Translations under genes and position numbers: made by a program
Origin: Candidatus Methylomirabilota bacterium
Lineage (GTDB): Bacteria > Methylomirabilota > Methylomirabilia > Rokubacteriales > CSP1-6
Assembly (NCBI GenBank): GCA_035457825.1
Contig: DATIAY010000005.1
Span: 2,722-66,721, forward strand
Direction of reading: 5' to 3'
Length of the DNA: 64,000 nt
The notes under the pieces: generated by a model
The model's input: the letters and a program-made list of their open reading frames with translations, nothing else
Databases searched by the model: none
What the model was told of the DNA's origin: nothing
Part shown: positions 17,963 through 24,502 of the stretch, one piece after another
How positions within the stretch are numbered: the stretch's first letter is position 1
Layout: each line of letters begins with the position of its first letter

Positions 17963-19554
17963 CGGGAGATCTCCGTGTAGCGGCCCTCGCGCAGCAGCCG
18001 GCGCAGGATCTTGCCCGAGGCCGTCTTGGGGATCTCGGCGACGAAGACGACGCGCCGCGGCCGCTTGAACCGGGCCAGCTCGGCGCTCTCCCGGCAGTAC
18101 TGGTCCAGCCCGGCCGGGGTGAGGTCGGCCCCGCCGGGGACGACGAAGGCGACCACGCGCTCGCCCCAGCGCTCGTCGGGCTCGCCCACCACCGCCACGT
18201 CGCGCACCCCGGGATGGCGGGCCAGGGCCTCCTCCACCTCCACCGGATGGATGTTCTCGCCGCCGCTGATGATCATGTCGTCGACCCGCCCGGCGACGTA
18301 GAGCTCCCCATCGCCGTCCACGTACCCCATGTCGCCGGTGAAGTACCAGCCGTCGCGCAGGGCCCGGGCGTCGGCATCGGGCCGCTTCCAGTACCCCGCA
18401 AACGCTTCGTCGGAGTCGAGGCGGGCGATGATCTCGCCTTTCTCGCCCACGGGCACGATCTCGTCGGGGCCGACGCGGTGCTCGGTACTGGCCCGCACCA
18501 CGCGCAGCGTCGAGTGCACGCCGGGCCGACCGGCGCAGCCGGGCTTGAGGTGAACGTCGGGCCGCACGGAGAACGTATAGATCTCGGTGGAGCCGTAGTG
18601 GTTGACGAAGACCCGGGGCCGGAACGCCTTGAGGCAGGCCTCGGTCAGCGGCGCCAGCATCGGCGCTCCCGCATAGGCCAGCTTCCTCACCGTCGATATG
18701 TCCGTGCCGGCAAGCTCCCGGGTGTGCACGAGATCGTAGAACAGCGTGGGGATAAGGTACAGGGCGCTGAGCCGTTCGGCCGCGATCAGCCCGAGGGCCG
18801 GTCCCGGGGACCAGTCCGCCTGGCACACGAAGCAGCCGTTCACCGCCACCATGCTGGTGAGCGCGTGAATTCCCATCGTGTGGTAGAGCGGCATCACGCC
18901 GAGCGTGCGCTCGCCCCACTCATACCCGCACTGGATCACGTGAGCCAGCGCTCCCGAGTAGTGGTTGTGATGCGTGCGTGGCACGCCCTTAGGCCGGCCG
19001 GTCGTGCCTGACGTATACAGGATCAGCGAAAGATCACCTGGCGAGGGTCCGGGGGAGCGGAGTCCGCTCCCCTGCTCAGTACCCCATTCGCGTGGAGAGG
19101 ACCCCGCTCCCCCGGACTCCAGCGTGTCACCCATCACCTCTGCGAACGGCAGGCAGGCGGGCGGGGCATCGGGGCCGACGAAGACCAGGCGAAGGTCGCG
19201 GCCGCGGGCCGCGTCCAGCACCGCCGGCGCGGTGGCGGCTTCGAAGATTGCGAGCCGCGCCCCCGAATCCTCGACGAGGTAGGCCAGATCCCCCGAGGTC
19301 AGCCGGAAGTTGACGGGCACTGGCACCCCACCCAGGCGCTGCAGCGCCCAGTAGGCGAGAACATGCTCCACGCGGTTCCGGAGCGCCAGAAGCACCCGAT
19401 CTCCCAGACTCACACCCAGCTGGCTCAGGCCCCGCGCCAGGGCCGCCGTCCGGCGATCCAGATCGGTGTAGCTGAGCCGTGTCGTGCCATCCACGACGGC
19501 GTCGGCGTGCGGCTGGCGGAGGACGGCGCGCTCGAGCAGGCCGGCGAGCGTCAC
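17959..19554 (-). CDS. AMP-dependent acyl-CoA synthetase/ligase
   Basis: In-frame part of ORF 17959..19770. The start is taken at GTG 19554, forming a GTGA overlap with the upstream stop. Motifs: LILYTSGTTGRPKGV, YGSTE and GWYFTGD..DGELYVAGRVDDMIISGGENI. Confidence 0.9.
   Translation of the reverse strand: MTLAGLLERAVLRQPHADAVVDGTTRLSYTDLDRRTAALARGLSQLGVSLGDRVLLALRNRVEHVLAYWALQRLGGVPVPVNFRLTSGDLAYLVEDSGARLAIFEAATAPAVLDAARGRDLRLVFVGPDAPPACLPFAEVMGDTLESGGAGSSPREWGTEQGSGLRSPGPSPGDLSLILYTSGTTGRPKGVPRTHHNHYSGALAHVIQCGYEWGERTLGVMPLYHTMGIHALTSMVAVNGCFVCQADWSPGPALGLIAAERLSALYLIPTLFYDLVHTRELAGTDISTVRKLAYAGAPMLAPLTEACLKAFRPRVFVNHYGSTEIYTFSVRPDVHLKPGCAGRPGVHSTLRVVRASTEHRVGPDEIVPVGEKGEIIARLDSDEAFAGYWKRPDADARALRDGWYFTGDMGYVDGDGELYVAGRVDDMIISGGENIHPVEVEEALARHPGVRDVAVVGEPDERWGERVVAFVVPGGADLTPAGLDQYCRESAELARFKRPRRVVFVAEIPKTASGKILRRLLREGRYTEISR
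19048..19116. repeat. 69-bp GC-rich palindromic unit lying in-frame inside the acyl-CoA synthetase gene
   Basis: TCCGGGGGAGCGGAGTCC (19048-19065) and its inverted copy GGACCCCGCTCCCCCGGA (19099-19116) match 17/18. The GGGGAGCGG/CCGCTCCCC motif occurs three times. The unit is 69 bp, or 23 codons, encoding SGGAGSSPREWGTEQGSGLRSPG just before the P-loop. Confidence 0.5.
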
Positions 19555-20570
19555 GGGACGAGGATGACCTTGCCCTTGTTCTTGCGGTCCAGCACGTACT
19601 GCACGGCGGCCCGCGCCTGGGACAGCGGGAAGGCGCGATCGACGACCGGCCGGAGCCGCCCGGCCAGCACCTGATCGAGGATGGCGCGCAGCTCGAGGAT
19701 GGTCCCCAGATTCGTCCCCACGATCCGGAGATTCTTGGAGTAGACGTGGCGGAGGTCGAGCCGGCCCCAATGGGTGTCGTGGGAGCCGATGGAGACGAGC
19801 GTGCCCAGCCGGGTCAGCGCATAGGTCGAGCGCTCGAAGGTCTCGCCGCCGATGTGCTCGACGACGATGTCAACCCCCCGCTTGCCCGTCCAGCGCTTGG
19901 CCTCCTCCACGAAATCCTGCCGCCGGTAGTTGACGACGTGCTCGGCCCCCAGGCCGCGGGCGAACTCGATCTTGTCGTCGCTGCCTACGGTAGTCATGAC
20001 CCGGGCGCCGGCCAGCCGGGCGATCTGGATGGCCGCGCTGCCGACGCCACTACCGGCGGCCTGCACGAGCACGGTCTGGCCCGGCCGCACCGGGGCCTGG
20101 ACCACCAGGGCGTGCCAGGCCGTGAGCATTGCGAGCGGCAGCGCCGCGCCGGCTTCGAAGGCCAACCCGTCGGGCAACGGCACGACGTTGGCGGCAGGGA
20201 CCTTCACCAGCTCGGCGTACCCGCCGTCCTTGTGGGCGCCGAGATAGCCGTAGCGCAGGCACACGGTCCGCTCCCCGCGCTGGCAGAACTCGCACTGGCC
20301 ACAAGAGAGGCCGGGAAAGACAAGGACGCGCTGGCCGCGGGGAAGCCCGGACGCGGGCGCCTCCAGCGTGCCGGCGACTTCGCAGCCGTTGATGTGAGGC
20401 AGACCCTCGGGCGGGGGAAATCGTCCGTCGAGCAGCAACATGTCGACCTGGTTCAGGGCGCAGGCCCGCACGCGCACGAGCGTCTCGGTGGCGTCAGGGA
20501 CGGGGTCGCGGTAGTCGTCGTAGATGATCTTGTCGGCGCCACCGTGCTCCTTGAAGAAGGCCGCCTTCAT
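19551..20570 (-). CDS. Zinc-binding alcohol dehydrogenase / quinone oxidoreductase (MDR family)
   Basis: 339 aa. Motifs: ..VRVRACALNQVDM.., ..CGQCEFCQRGERTVC.. (structural Zn cysteines) and GQTVLVQAAGSGVGSAAIQIA (Rossmann fold). Confidence 0.9.
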   Translation of the reverse strand: MKAAFFKEHGGADKIIYDDYRDPVPDATETLVRVRACALNQVDMLLLDGRFPPPEGLPHINGCEVAGTLEAPASGLPRGQRVLVFPGLSCGQCEFCQRGERTVCLRYGYLGAHKDGGYAELVKVPAANVVPLPDGLAFEAGAALPLAMLTAWHALVVQAPVRPGQTVLVQAAGSGVGSAAIQIARLAGARVMTTVGSDDKIEFARGLGAEHVVNYRRQDFVEEAKRWTGKRGVDIVVEHIGGETFERSTYALTRLGTLVSIGSHDTHWGRLDLRHVYSKNLRIVGTNLGTILELRAILDQVLAGRLRPVVDRAFPLSQARAAVQYVLDRKNKGKVILVP

Positions 20571-21010
20571 GAGCCCGCCTGGAGGAGCTGACTCATGCGA
20601 CCGAAGAACTGATCGGCCAGCATCTTGGATACGCCGCCCAGCATCCGCTGGCCGACGCCGGCGATGAGCCCGCCGACCTGCACCTCGGCGGTGTAGCCGA
20701 CCCGGGTGCCCCCCTCGATGTCGGTCAGCGTGATCAACGTCTCCCCGCGGACGAAGCCGGGGCCGCCGCTGCCCTCGACCGCCATGCGGTAGGAGCTGGG
20801 CGGATTCTTCTCGGCGAGCTTGACCTTGCCCTCGAACGTTCCTTTCACGGCGGCGACACCGATTTTCATGGTGGCCTTGAACTCGTCATTGCCCAGGGCC
20901 TCGAGCTTCTCGCAGCCGGGGATCGCCTGGCGCAGTTGGTCGGGATTCAAGAAGGCGTCCCACACCTTCTGCCGAGGCACGGGGACGTCATGTGAACCTT
21001 CGATCTTCAT
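20567..21010 (-). CDS. CoxG / SRPBCC family protein
   Basis: In-frame part of ORF 20567..21076, with the start at MKIEGSHDVPVPRQKVWDAFLNPDQL (21010) and a GGAG SD. ..FKATMKIGVAAVKGTFEGKV.. is typical of CoxG. Confidence 0.8.
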   Translation of the reverse strand: MKIEGSHDVPVPRQKVWDAFLNPDQLRQAIPGCEKLEALGNDEFKATMKIGVAAVKGTFEGKVKLAEKNPPSSYRMAVEGSGGPGFVRGETLITLTDIEGGTRVGYTAEVQVGGLIAGVGQRMLGGVSKMLADQFFGRMSQLLQAGS

Positions 21011-21097
21011 CGCAGTCTCCTTACCGAGCGTGCGTTCCGGGGCGCCTAGTGTATCAAGGCGGGCCGGGCCTGGCACGGGGCCGAGCGGCCCTGATCG

Positions 21098-21994
21098 TCA
21101 GGCCGGGTAGGGCTCTCGCCCCATCGCGATCGTGGCGACCTCGGCTGCGGGAACCGGGGTTTCGACGTGGATCACACCGGCCGCGACGTCGATTCCGCGC
21201 ACGATGCCGAGGCCCAGGGTCACTCGGGTGGGGTCGAGCAACCCGACCAGCGCTCCGTCCAGCACGTGCGCCCCCGGGCCCGGCGCGAGCCGCTCGCCCC
21301 CTGGTCCTCTCACGCACACCCGAGCCGAGGCCAGGACCACCCGGCGCGCCGAGGCGAAGTAGTCGTCGAGCCGCCGCTGCCGGTAGCGACGCCGCTCCTC
21401 GGCGCTGCGGGCCCGGGCCGCCGTGGCGGCAGGAACCCGCATTACCGCGGGCCGCACCGTGGCTGCATAGCCTGCCACGATGTGGTCACACTCCCCCGCC
21501 CGTTCCAGGCAGATCACCAAATCCGGATCCGTCACTTCGATCTTGGCCTGCTTGAGGGTCCGCCCGAGAGGGCCACTGACCAGACCGCTGGTGTCGATGA
21601 CGGCACGCCGGAGCTTTTCCGCGCGGGCCCGGTCCAGCATGCGCCGCGCGCCGACGACCGTGCCGAGCAGATGGCGAGCGGGCGAGGTCACGCCGACGAA
21701 ATGCAGCGCGACGACCTCGGCATCGGCCAGCCGCTCGAGCCGGCGCGGGACCCGGCCGAGCCCGATCGTGGTGGGCGGGCCGATCTCGGACTGGCCCAGG
21801 TCGGCGTCGATTACGGCGACGCCGACACCCCGGGCGACCAGGGTGTTGGCGATGGTGGTCACCAAGGTGGTCTTTCCCGTGTCGGTCTCGCCGATGACCA
21901 TTGTGACCGCGGCCCGCTGGGCTCGCCGGACCGCCTCTTGCCATTCGGGAGGCACGTGAATCGGGTCCACACGCCGCCGCCGAGAGGAGGTCAT
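21098..21994 (-). CDS. Clp1/Grc3-like P-loop polynucleotide 5'-kinase homologue
   Basis: VIGETDTGKTTLVTTIANTLVARGVGVAVIDADLGQSEIGPPTTIG parallels the Clp1 pattern G.TD.GKST........A...G......DLD.GQ....PG. The protein is 298 aa with the P-loop near the N-terminus. Confidence 0.65.
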   Translation of the reverse strand: MTSSRRRRVDPIHVPPEWQEAVRRAQRAAVTMVIGETDTGKTTLVTTIANTLVARGVGVAVIDADLGQSEIGPPTTIGLGRVPRRLERLADAEVVALHFVGVTSPARHLLGTVVGARRMLDRARAEKLRRAVIDTSGLVSGPLGRTLKQAKIEVTDPDLVICLERAGECDHIVAGYAATVRPAVMRVPAATAARARSAEERRRYRQRRLDDYFASARRVVLASARVCVRGPGGERLAPGPGAHVLDGALVGLLDPTRVTLGLGIVRGIDVAAGVIHVETPVPAAEVATIAMGREPYPA

Positions 21995-22027
21995 GACGGT
22001 GCCCCGCCGGGCTGCCGCCGGTGGTGG

Positions 22028-23218
22028 CTACTCGAGGCTGCGCAGCGCCCGGTCCATCCGCGCCAGGCCTTCGCGAATCAGCTCGGCACTCGTCGCGTAC
22101 GACAGGCGCACGTGCGCGTCGGACCCGAAGTCGAGGCCCGGCACCACCGCCACCCGACCCTGATCCAGCAAGAACCCGGTCACGTCGGTTGAGGAGGCCA
22201 GCCGCTTGCCGTCGGCCGTCCGCCGCCCCAGGAGGCCGGCGATGTTCGGGAAGGCGTAGAACGCCCCCTTGGGCATCACGCAGCGGACACCCGGCAGCGC
22301 GTTGAGCCCCTCGACGATGATCCGACGCCGCCGATCGAACTCGGCGGCCATCACGGCGACGTCGTCCTGGGGGCCGGTCAGGGCTTCCACGGCCGCCCAC
22401 TGGGCGATCGACGAGGGGTTGGAGGTCACCTGGCTCTGGACGTCGGTCATGGCCCGGATCAGCTCCCGGGGGCCGGCCGCGTAGCCAATGCGCCAGCCGG
22501 TCATGGCATAGGCCTTGGAGCACGTGTTGACGACCAGCGTGCGGGCCTTGATCTCCCCACCCAGCTGGGCGATGGACACGTGGCGCCCCGCGAAGGTCAG
22601 GGCCTCATAGCACTCATCGGAGATCACCCACAGCCCGCGCTCGACGGCCAGGCGGGCGACGGCCTCCACCGCCGCCCGGGAAAACACCGCTCCCGTCGGG
22701 TTGTTCGGGCTGTTGAGGATCACGGCCTTGGTCCGGGACGTGACGGCAGCCCGCAGCCGGTCGGGGTCCAGGTCGAACCCGGTGCGCTCCTCCGTCGGTA
22801 CGGCCACGGCCACCGCCCCGATCAGCGTGATCTGCTCCGGGTACGACACCCAGTAGGGCTGCGGCACCAGCACCTCGTCGCCCGGATTGAGCAGGGCCAC
22901 CGCGGCGTTGAACAACGTGTGCTTGGCTCCCACCGAGACGAGAACGTCGGGGGGGTCGTAGTCCAGCTCGTTGTCGCGCTTGAACTTGGCGCACACCGCC
23001 GCCTTGAGCTCCGGGATGCCGCCAACCTCGGTGTACTTCGTCTGCCCGCGCCGCATGGCGGCAATCGCCGCGTCTTTGATGCGCTGGGGGGTGTCGAAGT
23101 CGGGCTCGCCGGCGCCGAAGGAGATGACATCGACGCCCTGCGCACGCAATGCCTTGGCCTGGGCCTGCACGGCCAGCGTCGATGACGGGGCGAGCGTCTT
23201 CATCCGATCCGCGAGCAC
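22028..23218 (-). CDS. Pyridoxal-phosphate dependent aminotransferase (aspartate aminotransferase class I)
   Basis: LADRMKTLAPSSTLAVQAQAKALRAQGVDVISFGAGEPDFDTP..., ..NSPNNPTGAV.. and ..CSKAYAMTGWRIGY.. (the PLP lysine motif). Confidence 0.9.
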   Translation of the reverse strand: MLADRMKTLAPSSTLAVQAQAKALRAQGVDVISFGAGEPDFDTPQRIKDAAIAAMRRGQTKYTEVGGIPELKAAVCAKFKRDNELDYDPPDVLVSVGAKHTLFNAAVALLNPGDEVLVPQPYWVSYPEQITLIGAVAVAVPTEERTGFDLDPDRLRAAVTSRTKAVILNSPNNPTGAVFSRAAVEAVARLAVERGLWVISDECYEALTFAGRHVSIAQLGGEIKARTLVVNTCSKAYAMTGWRIGYAAGPRELIRAMTDVQSQVTSNPSSIAQWAAVEALTGPQDDVAVMAAEFDRRRRIIVEGLNALPGVRCVMPKGAFYAFPNIAGLLGRRTADGKRLASSTDVTGFLLDQGRVAVVPGLDFGSDAHVRLSYATSAELIREGLARMDRALRSLE

Positions 23219-23240
23219 GCTGCCTGCTCCTTGGCCGGCG

Positions 23241-23738
23241 TCAGGCCGGCGATCTGGGGGGGAACTTCTCCGCCAGCCGCTTCTCCACGACCGGCGGGAC
23301 CAGCCCGGCCACCGCGGCGCCGTAGCTGGCCACTTCCTTGATCAACCGCGAGGAAATATAGGTGTACTTCTCGTGGGGCATGAGGAAGACCGTCTCCACT
23401 GTGGCCGACAACTTGCGGTTCATGAGGGCCATCTGGAACTCGTACTCGAAGTCGGAGACGGCGCGGATGCCCCGCACGATACAGTCGGCCCGCTCGCGAG
23501 CCACCAGGTCGATGAGGAGCCCGTCGAAGGCCACGATGCGGAAGTTGTTTTTCAGATCGGCGGTGGCCTCGTCGATCATCTCCATGCGCTCCTGCACCGA
23601 GAACAGCGGCGCCTTGGCAGGATTGGCGACCACCGCCACGATGAGCTCGTCGAAGATGCGCAGGCTCCGCTGGATGACGTCGCTGTGGCCGTTGTGGATC
23701 GGATCGAACATTCCCGGATAGACGGCACGCTTGGCCAC
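23241..23738 (-). CDS. coaD: Pantetheine-phosphate adenylyltransferase
   Basis: AVYPGMFDPIHNGHSDVIQRS...ISSRLIKEV are canonical CoaD motifs. The GTG start shares 1 nt with the rsmD stop. Confidence 0.95.
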   Translation of the reverse strand: MAKRAVYPGMFDPIHNGHSDVIQRSLRIFDELIVAVVANPAKAPLFSVQERMEMIDEATADLKNNFRIVAFDGLLIDLVARERADCIVRGIRAVSDFEYEFQMALMNRKLSATVETVFLMPHEKYTYISSRLIKEVASYGAAVAGLVPPVVEKRLAEKFPPRSPA

Positions 23739-24331
23739 TAGGAATCTCCTGCCGGCGGTGATTCAGCCGGGGCATCGTAGGCTGGCTCGCGAAAGAAAGT
23801 CAAGGTTGTCTCCCCGAATCGCCGGGTGCGATAGGCGCGCAGGATGCCGGCCTCGCCACCCGGTGGACGTTTGCTGAGGTGCTGAGCGACCACCAGCGCG
23901 GGTGGTGACAGCAGCCGACCCGTTCCCAGCGCGGCGAGGACCTCGGCCATCACCGCTGTCTCGTACGGGGGATCGAGGAACACCACGCCGAAACGCTCGC
24001 GCTGCCGCTCCAGCCAGGCCAACGCGCGACGCACCTCCGCGGGGACGACCCGGGCAACCTCCTCGAGCCCCAGCGTCGCGACGTTGCGCCGCAGCGCGTC
24101 TACGGCGCGGGCGTCACGCTCCACGAAGGTGGCGTGCGCCGCGCCTCGGGAGAGGGCCTCCAGCCCGACGCCACCGGCCCCGGCAAAGAGGTCGAGGAAG
24201 CGGACGCCCCCGAGCCAGGGCGCCAGCGTGTCCATGAGAGCGATGCGCACCTGGTCTGCAGTCGGGCGGGTAGTGGACCCTCGCGGTGTCACCAGGCGAC
24301 GCCCCTTGAACGCGCCGGCGATGATTCTCAT
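23738..24331 (-). CDS. rsmD: 16S rRNA (guanine966-N2)-methyltransferase
   Basis: MRIIAGAFKGRRL..P.G..TRPT.D.VR.ALMD.L...FLDLFAGAGGVGLEALSRGA, and ..VFLDPPY. The ORF extends to 24349, but MRIIAG is the usual RsmD N-terminus. Confidence 0.9.
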   Translation of the reverse strand: MRIIAGAFKGRRLVTPRGSTTRPTADQVRIALMDTLAPWLGGVRFLDLFAGAGGVGLEALSRGAAHATFVERDARAVDALRRNVATLGLEEVARVVPAEVRRALAWLERQRERFGVVFLDPPYETAVMAEVLAALGTGRLLSPPALVVAQHLSKRPPGGEAGILRAYRTRRFGETTLTFFREPAYDAPAESPPAGDS

Positions 24332-24351
24332 TGGATTGGGCATGGGCACCC

Positions 24352-24499
24352 GGGCTTCGCCACGCCCATGCCCCGCCGGAATCCCCCGCTCGTCTGTTCT
24401 CTCACGCGATCAGAGTCCCGATCACGGGCCTCGCCACGCCCGCACCCCGCCGGAACCGCCCGGGAGGTTGTTCACCCACGCGATCCGAGTCGTGATCAC
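24352..24499. repeat. 2 x 74 bp imperfect tandem direct repeat filling the recG-rsmD spacer
   Basis: Unit 1 (24352-24425) is GGGCTTCGCCACGCCCATGCCCCGCCGGAATCCCCCGCTCGTCTGTTCTCTCACGCGATCAGAGTCCCGATCAC. Unit 2 (24426-24499) is GGGCCTCGCCACGCCCGCACCCCGCCGGAACCGCCCGGGAGGTTGTTCACCCACGCGATCCGAGTCGTGATCAC. By eye, roughly three quarters of positions are identical. Confidence 0.75.
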
Positions 24500-24502
24500 C
24501 AG

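Noticed and set aside
17963-18919. N-terminal extensions of track ORFs, e.g. 574 aa for the crotonase. The same applies to 15374-16666, 17959-19770, 37541-38449, 39355-40539, 41045-41773, 42415-43722, 56031-58097, 58926-60401 and 61869-62822.
   Set aside because: The extensions overlap the upstream real gene in another frame and are Arg/Pro-rich. Family-typical N-termini begin at internal ATG/GTG codons, which form 4-nt overlaps or short gaps with the upstream stop.
24352-24499. Whether the tandem repeats here, at 41116-41175 and at 42916-42963, could be CRISPR arrays.
   Set aside because: Each has only two abutting copies with no spacers, and two of the three lie inside coding sequence. No cas genes are in the window.
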